Origin: Guillardia theta CCMP2712
Lineage: Eukaryota; Protista; Cryptophyta
Direction: 5' to 3'
DNA length: 64,000 nucleotides
Assembly: GCF_000315625.1 (NCBI RefSeq)
Contig: NW_005434650.1
Location: 68,736 to 132,735, forward strand
Of the stretch, positions 48,398-61,515 are shown one piece after another. Both the position numbers and the translations under genes were made by a program. Position 1 is the stretch's first letter, and every line of letters starts with the position of its first letter. Under the pieces are notes generated by a model, which made no database searches, was not told where the DNA came from, and was given only the letters and a program-made list of their open reading frames with translations.

Positions 48398-51300
48398 TCA
48401 CTTGCTGATGGAAAACTCGCAGAGGGGAACCGAGTCTCTTGTAAGGACCTGCTGTTTCGTCAGCACCTGCCCCGGTCACTCCCCTTCTCATGCTCACGAT
48501 TGCATTAGGAGTGAAGAGGACGCGGAAGGCCATGGTGAGAACCTCCCCCTTCTCCGAAGATTCTTGCGTAAAGACCTGTAGATCTGTCACAAGGCCTGCT
48601 CCCTTTCTCCTTCCCCTCCTCCCTCTTCTCACCGGGGGCACGTTGAACTGCTGGACGCATCTGCTAACTTTGTTTGAGAAGAGACCGAAGGGACCCGAGT
48701 TTCCTGTCTGCTCGCTGCTCGTTAGCAACCAGATCTTCCTCCCATCAACCTTGCCCCCCTCCCCCTTCCCACTCCTCCTCGTCCTCGTCCTCGTCCTCGT
48801 CCTCCTCCTCGTCCCGTACCTCCCAGTAGCGGATCCTTCCCTCTTGGAGGCTGCGGATTCATATTGAGAGAGTCGGAGCAATGGAAGGCAGAAACCTGAA
48901 AGTCGCCAGCCGCTGACCAGCCGCATCGAAAGCGACGGCGCTGACGGGACCATCATGACCCTACCATGCATCAGAGAGGACGAACATGCCACTTGATATG
49001 ACGAGGTCGGCAGGGAGGGAGAGGAGGACGAGGGAGAGAAGGAGGAGGGAGAGGAGGAGGAGGAGGAGGAGGATGAGAACGGAGTGGTGGTGGAGGAGGA
49101 GCTGTTACCTCAAGAACCCTCCACTTTGTCGCCGTCCGAACGTCAAAGATCACGACCAGAGCATCTACAGTCCCGACTGCGAACCTCTGCGTCTCCTGTG
49201 CCTCTCGTTTTACCCACCCACCCTCTGAACCCTCTGAACACTGCCTCCCTCCCTGCCTCCCTGCCTCCCTCTCCCTGCCTGCCTCCCTCCCTGTTTGTTT
49301 CCGGGCGTTACCTGATGAAAAGCGGCTTGGGGGAATCTTCGTACGATCTCCTTGAGTGCCGAGGTTGACTATCGTAATGATGAGAGACGAGGAGAGGCAG
49401 GAGGAGGAGGAGGAGGAGGAGGAGGAGGAGGAGGAGGAGGAGGAGGAGGAGGATAACAACCTGCTGCATGAGCGCTTGACGCACGAGAGGATGAGCTGGA
49501 TCGAGGGTACTCAAGATGACCTGCAGGCCTTCAGCTAACTCTCCTTCTTCGTGTATCTCTCCTGCACTCCCTCCCTTCTTCATTCGTTTCTCCATCCTCT
49601 CCTCGCTCCTGTTTCTCCTACCCCCTACTCTCCTCTTAGTATCGCTCACCTCAACAGCTCTTGGCAGGGCGGGGAGCATGGGGATGGGGTGTCGTTTGAT
49701 CATGGCGACGAGGACGCGGATGGCTGCGGCTGACGGTGAACTTGCTTCCCCTCCTCCCTCCCTCCCTCCTACCTGTGACGCTCCTCTCGCTCCTGACGTG
49801 GCAGACCAGCTGGGAGTGTCGACTTGCCTCCTCTCCGATGATGCCGACGAACTCCACTGGAAAACGATCACAAGGAGGAACTAGTGAGGAGGGGCGAGCG
49901 AGGTTGAAAAGGAGGAGGCAGAAACGGGCAGAGTGACAGGAAGGCGATCAACAGAACGCAAAGAGGGGGAAATGGCAAAGAAGATGTATCGTGCCTGGGA
50001 GGACAGGAGCAAGGGACCGGAGAGCCAGCTCAGCATCGGCTAGACTGATCTTGAAGTCTTGATGCTTCCAATACCTGAAGGGAATGAGTCTTCTCGCACT
50101 CCTCCTCCTCTTCCTCCTCCTCCTCCTCCTCCTCCTCCTTACCGAGCATACAAGATCCGCAGAAGACTCTCTCCGTCTCGAATATGCCTGCAGAAAGAAA
50201 TGAGTGTGGGGGGAGAAGGGAGAAGGAAACGAGGTGGAGGGAACGAGGGTGAGAAGGAAGGGAGTTTGAAAGTGGATGCGAGCATGGACAGAGACGTTAA
50301 CCATAAAGAGAGTAACACAAAAGGAGGAGGGGAGGAAAGAGGAGGAAAGAGGAGGAGAGGCGAGACGAGGGGGGGAGAGGAGAGGACTCGGATAAGAGAG
50401 AAAAGTTGACGGAAAGGCAAACGAGCTGAAGAGGCTGAGGGCGAGGAAGAGCATCTCGATCAGTACCTGCACCAGAGCTGCGCTCCTCGAGCTAAGAGAT
50501 GAGATGCGACCTGAGAGGAAGTGAGGCAAGGGAGCAAGACAAGGCCTGCCCTCCTCTCACCTTGGCGTGCAGGAGGTTCGAGGAGGAGAGGGCGCGGATC
50601 AGCCCGTCTGTCACTCTTGCGGCTGTTGTGTCGTCAAGACTCTCCTGCACGGCTCGTCAAACCCCCAGCTTGAGCTTAGCTCCTCCTCCACCTGGAAGTG
50701 AGCTCCGATCACTGCCAGCACCACGATCGCGGGGCCATCGCTGGGGCTGGGCAAATACGTCAAAGAGAGGGAGGAGAGGGAGGAGGAAGCAAGGAAAGGG
50801 GGCGGGCAAGGACAGGAATCCACCTAAAGCCCAGCTGCTGGACTCCCCCTGGAGACGACGGGAGTTTGGCACTCCGGGCGATTCCAATCTCAGGTCGCAG
50901 CGACTCGTTGGACGAGGGAGGAGGAAGTTTCGAGGTCCACTCTCTGACTATCGCCTGCTCTAGTTTAGACCCTCCAAAGAAAACTTCTCCTCCCCCCCTC
51001 CCATCCCCCCCTCCTCCAAATCAAACAACCCCCCTCCCTCCAGCCTCCTCCTCCTCCTCCTCCTTCTGACCTGCCGGGTTGACGCGTCTGTGCGAGATAG
51101 CCGAGCGTTTAAAAGTGCGTGAGCAGCCTGCAAGGAGATGAGCAAGGGGAGAGGACGAGGAGAAAGTTGGAGGAGAAATGCTGAGAGCGGGAGGAGAGGA
51201 GCCGAGGATGAAGACTTCGAACCTGTCTTGCAGGTTCTGATGCAGACAGCCAGTAGTGTGCAAGAGCGATCACGTCCGGCTCGATGAATCTCTGCAGACG

Positions 51301-54300
51301 AGGAGCCATTTCCTGTACAATGACGTTCAGATCTGAGAGGTTGAGGAGGAGGGGGAAGTTGAGGAGGAGGAGAATGAAGAGGGGGGGGGAGGAGGAGGAG
51401 AAGGAAGAGGGGGAGAGGGGGGGGAGGAGGAGGAGAAGGAAGAGGGGGAGAGGGGGGGGAGGAGGAGGAGAAGGAAGAGGGGGAGAGGTAGGGGGAGGAG
51501 GTGACCTTTGCTAGGAAATGCAGGAGCGCAGAAAAGATCTCCACTCCTCCTGCTCCGCTCTGCTGGGAGTTGGAGCGGCAGGCGTCGATAAGGACAGCAG
51601 CGCTCATGGTCGCCGTTTCGCTCACTTGTGGAGAGACGCCACAGATCAAACAGTCGGAGGAGAGGCGAGGAGAGTAACAGGTGACGCTCTGACCCGCCCC
51701 TACCATGACGTACGAGCACTGCAGGCTCGGAGGAGGCTGTGAACCTGCTGGCCTCTGTGCATGCTGAGGGGAAGAGGCTTCGGCAATCTCTTCCATCATG
51801 GAAGGAAAGCCAAGGGAGCGCAGCGCTCCGCTGACGCGACAGGAGAGCGAGCTGTTGCTCCTCTGACTCCAAGAGGAGGAGGAGGAGGAGGAGGAGGAAA
51901 GGATTTCGCGGTGCGGAGCTACTGACGAAGGTGTGAAGTTGGTCATGGCAATGGCTGTGGCGGAGGCGAGGAGGGAGTGATCTGAACCCATCAGCTCCCA
52001 TACCATCTTGCGAGGAGTGCTGGCGTCCGAGCGCTGGCTCGAGGAGGCCTCAGAGGACACAGGAGAGGGAACAGAAGTTCTGCCCTGCTGCTCGAGCTCC
52101 CGATCCTCCTGCAGCTGGCCAGCCCTCCCTGCCTTGCTGCTGAGTGACGGAGACCTCACTGAAGTCTCCTCAACGTCGAAGGAGTTCTCGGAGATCGATC
52201 TCCTCATCACCCCAGCCGGACTGTCGCTGACCTCTTTTCTCCGCTCGCTCCCGCTCTCCTGCAGCTGCTGGAGCGACAGCGCGATGGCGTCGCAGCGGAG
52301 CAGCAAGACTCCGAGGAAGTCGACTGAGTCTCTTCCTGTCGCCCCGGCGTGATGCAGCTGAAGGCTCCTTGCCTCTATCGGAGCCACGAAGTGGACCTGG
52401 TCATGGTCCTCCAGCCAAGACTCCTGCTGAGCATCCGGCTTCTTCACCTCCCCCGCCTTCTTCTCTGCTTCTTGGCTGGACTTGGAGCTCTTGTCCATGT
52501 CGTCGTGGATGATCGGACTTCCCCTGCTCGGCCGCGCGAGAGCGTTCAGCATCGTGGGGACCTCGAGGGAGGAGACTCTCCTGATACATCGCGCACTCCC
52601 TGCCTGCATCTCCCACACAAGCATGTCGCCTTCCTCGCAGACAGCGTAGAGGTAGCTGTGACGCGGAGCCCAGCGCACGTCTACCACGGGGGAAGAATGT
52701 CCGATGAGGCGGAAGAGGAGCTTGCACGAGCTCGGAGATTTCGATTTCTCGACCTGGTCGGCAGGAAGCTCGGCAGGAGGCGCGATGATCCCTACCGTGT
52801 GGTCGAGAGAGAGAGTACAGAAGGTGAACGCGTGTCGGAGATACGAGTCGGCTCCTGTTCCGAGCTCAACAATCCTGGTGACCGGGCCCACATGCTGCTG
52901 CAGAGAGCCCTTCAAGACGCCCTTGTCCAGGTCCCAGAGCATGACGCAGCCGTCCTGCGACCCCGACACCAGCAGACTCTCTCCAGAGATCCACATCATG
53001 GACAGGACAGCAGCCTTGTGGCCGCATAGAGAGTGAGCGACTGAGCCAGTGGGCACGTTGAAGATGAGGATATCTCCTCGCGTGTAGCCGAGAGCCCAGA
53101 ACATCTCTGTCTTGTGCATGCGATTCCGCGGCCTGTTGGGTCTGACAGTTCGTCGCCCTCGAGGATCGAACCATGGTGGCTCGGTGTCGTGCGTCAGGCT
53201 GTGCAAGTTTCTCGCTCCCTCAACGTGGAACAGCGAGCAAGTGCAGTCTCCTGATGCTCCCCGAGGTTCATAGAAAGCAGAGGAGAGCACCCCTCGGAAC
53301 ATCTCTTCCCATCCCTCTGCGACGCATCCATTTTTACCTTCTCCGTCCTCTTGCTTCGGCTGAACCTCAGGCACTAGGACAGAATCTTCATTCCCCTGCT
53401 CTGCGTTATTGTTGTCACCCTCTGCCTGAGCGTTAGCATGGCGCTGCCTTAGGGCGGCAGCAAGAGACATCGTGGCTGGTGGTGGAGGAGCAAACTTCGA
53501 CTCGTCTGGGCTGAGGACAAGAAGCTCGCTCTTTCCCGAAGAATCGAATTTAGCAAGACACATCCACCCGCCATCATCAGCCCCGAAGGCCGAGACATCG
53601 TAGAAGGCTTGCTCTCGTAGAGGAACAGAAACACTGCTCAGCGAGACCTCCGACTCCGAAGGAACATGATCAGAAAACCTGACGAGCGTGAAACCAACTC
53701 CAGGCTTCCAGATGACGGCTCGATCTCCTCGTGGAGACAAGGCCACCCGGGAATCAAACCACCCTCGCATTTTCTGTCGGTTCATCATCTCCGAAAGGAA
53801 CTCGTTCTGCAGGAAGAAAGCTTCAGCACACTTCGAGATAGATTGAGCATAAACAACCTGCCGAGTTGAGCTCTCCGTAGCACCTGAAAGATCTAATTGA
53901 ACGACAGTCGGTTTCGCATTCTTCTCGGCAAAGCGATGGTCCTTCCCCAACATGTATCTTGCACAGGTCGAAGCTCCGACCACTATCAGAGAGGAGCAGA
54001 GAGAGTCAACAGCGAGAGAAGAAGGCAAAGACACAGGTGTCCGATGAACTTGAACTGAAGGAATCCATCCCACCACGTTGGTCGAGCAGCTCCGATCTGC
54101 CAGCCACACACAGACTGTACCTCCCCTGTCCAACGAGTACAGGCTGGGCTCCGAAGGGCTTTGAACGAGCTGCTCCGCCATGAGGTCTGAGTTCCTCGTG
54201 CAGATGTCGCATACCCAGTCTCCATGACCGAAAAGCCTGACTATTCGCTTCATTTGGACAACGTCGTAAACTTCAATGTCGGGGCTCGGGCCACAAGCTG

Positions 54301-54798
54301 CTATTAGCGTCTTACCCTTACAGGAGACTGTCTTCATACTCTGGGGCACCCAGGACAAGCACTCATTGCTGGTACGTAAGCAAACACCATCCTCCAGCTT
54401 CCACACGCTGAGACACGCTTCCCGATCGGCGCTGCACAGGACGTGATCCTTCCCCTCGTAAGCGCTCACCATGGCTGTGATGGGCTTGCGGTGTTGGCCC
54501 ATGAGGACAGCGAACGGAAGGAGCTTTTGATTGGAACCTTCTTCTTCCTCATCCACAGGGAATACTGCAAAATGTAGTCAAGAATGCGAATCAGGCAATA
54601 ATTCGATTTACATCTCCAAATAGAATTGTTCTTCACGGGCAAAGGGTGGCAAGAGGGCGGCGCTCTCCAAAGCCATATGCTTCCATCAGCATTGCCACTA
54701 GCAAGCGAGACACACTGCCTGCATAGAGCCACAGCTGTAACTTCTGGAGTCGGAAGACTCGGCCAGAGGGCAACCCCAAATGTCGAGAGGTTCGGCAT
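48398..54798 (-). CDS. WDR7/WDR72 (Rabconnectin-3 beta)-like WD40 protein
   Basis: N-terminal ALWP...ASGNADGSIWLW and LMGQHRKPITAM; central GYTRGDI...GHKAAV...LVSGSQDGCVMLWD...HVGPV...SLDHTV; C-terminal LPRAVE..L.TLDP and RFAVGTVDALVVIFDVRTATKWRVL. Confidence 0.85.
49389..49452. repeat. (GGA)n trinucleotide microsatellite, intronic
   Basis: About 20 near-perfect gga/gag units. Confidence 0.9.
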
Positions 54799-55201
54799 GC
54801 TGAACTGATTGCCTAGCTCAGATGCACATCGTTTGATCTCGACCTTCCAGTACTCCTGTCAGCTGCTCTCTTCATTTCGTCTTCTCTGGGATTTTCATCG
54901 CTGCATTGCTTCTCCTTCCCTGCCTCCCTCGACGCATCTTCGCCTCCTGCGCCCTGCACCGTGCATAACTGCAACTTCAACCGTTACAGCTACAAATTGT
55001 ACTCGCAACGATATGAAACGGATTTACACGGTTTAAAACCGTTTTAAAACCGTTTCCATGGTGGGGCCGCGAGGCTGTGAGGGCTGGAGGGCCATGGCGG
55101 GAGAAGGGGAAGAGTGAATGGGGAGTGATAGAACAGAAGATACAGCGCCATGATAGCGTGTGAACTGCCATCAGCTCATTCTCTTTGTAGGTGGGTGTTG
55201 C

Positions 55202-56402
55202 ATGTCAGCGAGGGGGAGACGTCTCCACATCCGTCTTCCAACAGAAATACTCCCGGTTGTTGTTTACGTCCCTGAAGTCCACTCAAAGTGGTACGACGAG
55301 GTTGAAATCCTTCCCTTCCTTACCTGTTTCTTTTCTCGCTGCATCTTCTGGTTCTCGTTTGCTTGCTCGGCACTGAGATCAGACCAGGAACGGCATCGCG
55401 TTTTCATCTCATTGGTCCCTGAGGTCTTGGAGCAGATCCTGCCAAACGCCAATCTTGACAAGAAGAAGCTGGATGCTACGAGGGTCAAAGAGGACGTGTT
55501 CCGCGGAGTCGGCATGGAGCTTCGCTGCTTCTTCAGAAGCACGCTCCCCACCTATCACCTCCTGTCCACAGATGAGCAGGGTGAGCCCCATGCGTCCTCC
55601 ACATCAGCATGGACGTTGCATGTCACCGTCCAGCCACATTCGTAGGACGGGCGTGTTTCTCCGCGCTCTTTTTGTATGTTCGATCTTTCGAATTGGATCG
55701 GTTTTCAGTCGTGCTGAAGCAGATTGCTTGTACGTCCTGAGCAACTTTGCTGCCTCCGGCAGGTATCAAGACTTTGGTCAGCCTAGGCGGATGTGCCTGT
55801 CCAGGGCGCGGCAAAGCAAGAGCTTCGTACCGTCGATGCTGAGCACGCATTCATCTCCAACTGGAAGCGCAGGAAAGACTCTTTTTATCCAGGGGTTGCC
55901 CTCAACAATGCAGGGTCAAGACCTTCAGGGTCTCTTTGACAGATTCGGTCACATCTCATGGGCTGCTACAATGCCTGTACCTCACAACTCAAGCGCGTCG
56001 TACGGCTACGTCCAATTTGAAGAGACTGCTAATGCGCTTGAGGCGCAGCAACGAATGCATGGAAAGGTTCTACCAGCTCCTCACCAAGCAGTCACCTTGT
56101 TTGTTGATTTTGCAGAGGATGGAGTGGTTCCGCCTTCTCTCCGTCTATGGAGTCGGTTGCAACATGTGAAAAGGGAACTCACACTTCACAGGAGGACCGA
56201 CCCTGCTCCCCACCAACCCGCTGAGGGCGGTGGAGGAAAAACCATCTCCTCCTCACTTCTGCAGTTCCTTGAGAGTCTAAAGCCTGACCACAAGACTGAT
56301 GTGGACTCGAAATGGACCACCCAATATGCTGGAGACGAACGCAAGGAGAACAATGTGTGGCTGCGGGAACGTCACAGGCATCGTGACAGGAAGGAGCATT
56401 AG
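55202..56402 (+). CDS. Protein with an N-terminal domain weakly resembling SLX4IP and a C-terminal RRM
   Basis: RNP2 TLFIQGL and RNP1 YGYVQF are clear. Introns 55301-55387, 55582-55645 and 55674-55762 give an in-frame join to the upstream domain (KWYDE|ERHRVFISL...FRGVGMELRCFF). Confidence 0.6.
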
Positions 56403-56538
56403 AGGAAGGCTGTTTAGGTTGAGTTATGTGAGAAAAGCTTGTAAAGAAACTAGTGTCAACCAATTTCCGGAACAAATGGAGAGGAATTGAAGTCTATTGT
56501 AGTACATTGTTGCGTGTCAGCACAAACAACCATGCCAT

Positions 56539-57342
56539 TCACTCAACACATGAAAGTCTCTGCACCACAATATGATAGTCCACCTGTTGCACAAGGTCAC
56601 AGACAAACATGTAATCCCAAACACAGTATGTGAAACACCTCGTTCGTCACCGGATCCAGCGCAGCCACTCTCTCCAAGAACCTATCTATTTCCTCTGTTG
56701 AGATCTTTCGTGCCGTAACCGACTTGAAGAGGCCGAAGTTCAACCAGTTTGCGACTGGAGCCTCGTCTTCCTCGTACCCTGCCCGTGCTCCCTCAAAACA
56801 GACTTTGTGTCACTTTGCGTTGCAATTCACACCTGTCATGATCTTCATGAAAGTCTTCTTATCCAGTTTGCCACTCTCCGCAACATCAAATTCATGAAAT
56901 GCTGCCTACATAGTCAATTGCAAATCTGGCTCAACCCATGCCTCTCAGAACCTGCAACCAACTCCTTGTCTAATTCCATGTCGCCAGTGTGGGAAGCAAG
57001 CATTTCCAGGAATCCTTCGAAGCCGATGGCACCGGTATTGTCCTGCATGGCTTTCACACACGAAGACTCATCGATCAGCAAAAACACCTTGTCGAATTCG
57101 GCGATCATGTCTGCCAGCTCCTTCTCTGACAAATTCTGTCCCAGGGATCGCAAACATGAACCAAGCTCCTCGATATCAATACTCCCGCCTCCATCAGTAT
57201 CGAAGAGATTGAACGCCTCGCGGAAATGATCAACTTGATCCGCCGTCAGATGGCGCGACTGCCCAGAAACAAGATCGTCACAGACTGAATGGGGACGCAC
57301 ACCCAAGAAAAGTTGCTCCGCCACTTTCTGCACCTTGCTCAT
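56539..57342 (-). CDS. Calmodulin/centrin-like EF-hand protein
   Basis: FREAFNLFDTDGGGSIDIEELGSCLRSLGQN, MIAEFD..DNTGAIGFEGF and AFHEFDVAESGKLD; the fourth hand is divergent. Confidence 0.85.
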
Positions 57343-57659
57343 CTTTCAAGTTTCGATCGCTCCTCGTTTTGTGTCTGGCGCATACAAGTCTCCTTCTGGA
57401 TTTCTAGCATTCTCCACCACTTCTTCCTCCTCTTCCCTCTTTTCCTAATCTTCGCTCCCTTGCCGCATCGCATTCCAGCGCTTACCATGACGACGGAAAT
57501 AGGCGGCGAGGATGTACCCACCCCCTCCTGTGTCAAACCATTCTACCTTCCCTTCAATTACCCCCCTCATCCAAAGTAAGTTATATGACTTACCACCCCA
57601 CCCTGACATCCCTACCCGTCCTGAGCAGAACGACATAGTTTGACAAGCTATTTTGGGCC

Positions 57660-58470
57660 ATGCCGCCTCTATGGCGGGGCCTGGGATTTCTTTGGCTGGC
57701 GGGGATGGCGGGAGGAGCCTCATTGGTGCTGAGGAGTAGCCAAGGGGACCAGCCACGAGGAGAAAATGGAGCGAAAGACCTGGCAATCATTCTCTCCTCC
57801 CTCCTCTCCTTGCTCTCCTCCATGTACGCTGCCTACATCTTATTGCCACTCATGCCATCCCTCCTTTGTCCCCGATCAGACTCGTATAGATCGATCTCCA
57901 ATGAAGAAGATTTGGAACAATCTCAGCCAACATACCAACAAGCTTCCCGCCCTCCTCTACATCCAGTGCTTCCTGTCGAGAGATTGGATCGTCAGGATTC
58001 CATCGATGCTGGGATAGAACTTGAGATTGTCTCTGCTTCTTTTGACATGAATGGAGCGAGTTATCCTCGAGGAACTTTCAGAATTCGTGCTCTCCATCCT
58101 AACGGAGTAGCGGAGGTTCGTGGTTCTGTTACAGATGTTTCTTCCTCTGACGTTGAGCACAGAGGCAGGGAGCGTGTGAAGCAGGAGACGTTCTTGTATC
58201 GGTCGGAAACGTCCCTCTCCATGGCATCTCGCTCGATCAAGCTAAGGCGCTGATGAGAGGAAGTCCTGGGCAGTCGATCGTCCTTGGGATTCACTCAAAA
58301 AAGTGCAGGGAGGTCATGCAGAGGTAGATTGTGCTGCATCGAACGTGCCATTTTGCTGACTTTCCTGCACAGGCATTTGGTTCTTGCCCCACCCCCAAGC
58401 TCAAGAAGCACATCTCCTCGTTACCACCTTCAAAGCTCTCGCTCCAAAGGGAGCGTTTGACAGGCAGGAA
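57660..58470 (+). CDS. Single-pass membrane protein with a PDZ domain (3' end approximate)
   Basis: Hydrophobic LAIILSSLLSLLSSMYAAYILLPL. PDZ: AGIEL...FRIRALHPNGVAE|..GDVLVSVGNVPLHGISLDQAKALMRGSPGQSIVL. Confidence 0.7.
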
Positions 58471-58617
58471 TAATCGTCTTGATTGATCATGTAAAAACTA
58501 ATTTAGGTCCACCATTCTCCTGTCAGTATTTCACTTTGTACTCCTGCCGCTGAAATTTCACACAAGTCCCTCCTATCCAGCATGACTGCACAAATTTTCA
58601 GTAAGACAACAAAGACG

Positions 58618-60799
58618 TCACATGAACGCGACCGAGATCGGTGCAGGCAATGCAAGCGGGGGAGGCAGCATTGCAGGTGCGGTTGGCTCTTTGTCTTCTT
58701 CCTTGTACACCTGCAAGCTCTCAGATGCCAACGATCGAGCTCCAACGCCACCTTCCCCGCTCGCTTCGCTGCTTCTATCTTAATCTGAAGCTCGATGGCT
58801 CGTCGAGCCTTTGTGGGCGCGTCAAATCAGGCCGGAGCAAGGTCAGAACACCTGCTCTTGATAATAGTCGTCTGGCAAATTGAAGCGCGTCTCGTCCATT
58901 TGATTGCTGATGTAGCGCGATCCTTTCATCATTTGCCGCTCCTTAGTGACCGCCTCGCCTGCCTCAACCCATCAACTGCGAAGAGACTTCGCACCGCCTA
59001 CCAGTGGCATCTCCGGACATGCTGTTCTGCTGGGTGACACCTGGCGCATCCACTCCAATGAGCGAAGAGGATTTTCCTGCTTCAAGCTGGAGCTGAAGGA
59101 TTGAAAATTGATGTGGTCAAGGGGTGCTCTCAAGGATTCAAATCACCTTCACAAAAACTTTGCTGGGCTTCGATCGGAGGCCACAAGAGTATCCTTGTTC
59201 GCACATGATGCGCTCCTGCAGAATAGTTAGTCGATAATGATGAAAGAGAGGGTCAGGCACATTGCTCTCGATGGGTAAGATGCGGTTCACGTGGAGGTAT
59301 GCGACGAGCTGTACTTGAGTCATCTAGGTAGTTTGATGATTACAGGAACTTACTGCAGCGTTTGCTGAAGCACTCGCAGCTTCTTCTTCCATTCGATGCA
59401 TGGGGTTGAAATTCCTGGTATGTACATGTCCGCCGGCAGAAGGATCCAAAGAAAATACGTGAAAATCCTCACAATGCAGCAGTTTGCAGACTGTGCAATA
59501 TCAATTCAAGTTTCAAGCACAACGATACGATCAGCAGACCTTCACAGATGAGCTCCCAGTGAGGATCCAAGTCACCAATGACTCGTCGTGATCTCACTGT
59601 TGCAAAGGAGATAATACGAGGGCAAATCAGCTTCGAATACAAGCCTAGTGTCACTTGTACCTGGCACAAGAAGATGTCTCGCTGCACACTCTACCACCTG
59701 TGGCAAGATTAGGTTTAAGATCAACTGGCTTGCCATACTTGTATGGGCAAGTCTGTTTGAATGGCCAGCATGTTCACGTTCAAAGCTTCGCAGACTTCCA
59801 TCTCAGGAGCTTGTGAGATTATCCGTGGGCATGGAGCCTAAGTGAAACCAGTGATCAGATCGAGCTTGCATGGACTTCTTCGACCCACCTCTATCCAGAA
59901 ACACCCCAGGTCGTCAATCTCTGTTGAAACTTCAACTTGCCAGACTTGTTCCACGATGCTTTCAGCTCTGATCCGAACCTTTGATCCCTCCTGCAGGCCT
60001 GTGAGTGCATCGCAACATAGTCGTCTTGCTGCAGACCGTCAGAAGAGGCAGGTCCGGAGGCCGGCGATCAACCAGGTCGAACAAGCTCGCGATTGCCATA
60101 CTCTCCAGCATCGTTCGATGGCATCCTCCACCTGGCGTGAGCAAGCTTGCAAGGCAAGTGAGAGCTCATTGGGAGGCAACTCACTTCTTCACCATATCTT
60201 GAAGCTCTTGGTTGATGGATCGACTCGTCGTCTGTTTGGCTTCACGAAGACCACGAACCCCTCGCCGCATGTCTCTGCGATCCTCACCATTTCTCTCGTC
60301 TCAAAAGCATCTCCGCTGTCTTCTATGACCGCCACCTGTAGCTAGATGATATCTTGCCTGCTAGACAAGGAGCGAGCATACTTGATTTCCTCCACGTTCA
60401 CTGGATGTGAATGTGCAAATACTCCTGGGCAGACATGTTGGGCCTATTTCAGATCAAGAACTTGTACCTGACGGCACATTGCTTGCCAAAGGCCTGTGCT
60501 GTCGCTTTCAGTGCCTCGGCATGAGTAGTAGCTGAGGTGGCGAAGAGGCTCCTGCGTAATCTACTTGTCTCCGATTCACCCAATCGTGCTCGGCCCAACT
60601 CCCTTCCTTTAGGGTTCATGTCTCATGATTTCTCCATCAGCAACCAGTCAATCGATGGACCTTTTCCATTCTTTGCTTCTATTTCTTCTCCTCGTCCTCC
60701 TCCTCCTCCTCCTCCTCGTCCTCCTCCTCCTCCTCCTCGTCCTCCTCCTCTCACAGCATCTTCATCTTCACTTCGTCTTGTCGCATCCCTCCTACTCAT
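58618..60799 (-). CDS. Hypothetical multi-exon protein
   Basis: A series of stop-free exons separated by short introns (e.g. VAVIEDSGDAFETREMVRIAETC; QVQLVAYLHVNRILPIE; PLRSLEWMRQ). No family confidently recognised; termini approximate. Confidence 0.4.
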
Positions 60800-61515
60800 C
60801 CATGGCCAGTCTCTCACTCGACATGCGGTTAAACCACTTCGACACATTACAGAAATCAGTAGGACAAATTCCGACCGCCCGTCCGGACACCCGGAGTTGC
60901 CCGCCGGGCCGATGAACTGTAAAATCACTCAAATTTCATGTCACCCGCGCGACAATTTCTGCACATCTAAAGGGGAGTAGCATGCGGGGGGTGGGGTGGA
61001 ACACAGGAAGGGTAGGGGGTGAGAAATGCTGATAAGGTGCTGGAAGACTGCTAGAAAATGGTGGGTATTCTTATATAAAAGTGAGGGTACTATTTAGAAT
61101 TTGTTGAGGTGGGGTTGTAGGAAGATGGGGTGAGAAATATAGGAGAGGGGTGGGGGTGAAGGATGGTGGTCATGGACATTGTTACTGGTCTGTAGTGAAA
61201 TGTAGGAGGCGAGGAGAAGAGCGAGGAGAGGAGAGGAGAGGAGAGGAGAGAGGAGAGGAATGACGTCGACTCAGAAATTTCATGGATGCACTGTCTGTAT
61301 GGAGAAATTAGACAGGGAGTGTGAAGGGACATGAGAAATAGCTGCGAACAGTGAACAGGACAGCAATGGACTGACCTGCGTGTTATCACAGGAAAGAATC
61401 AAGTGTCGGTGGAATAGTAATGTCAATGGTGTAGCAAAGTGGGGCAGAGGCAAAAGAAGAGGTGTCCTCCACCTAATCTCAACGCTGAAACCCAGAGGCA
61501 AGGAACAGTTGAAAG

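Noticed and set aside
58618-60799. Chaperonin-like BBS6/10/12 identity (AQAFGP..., ...SLFAVD)
   Set aside because: The resemblance is too weak and the motif order is unconvincing, so it is left as hypothetical pending HHpred.
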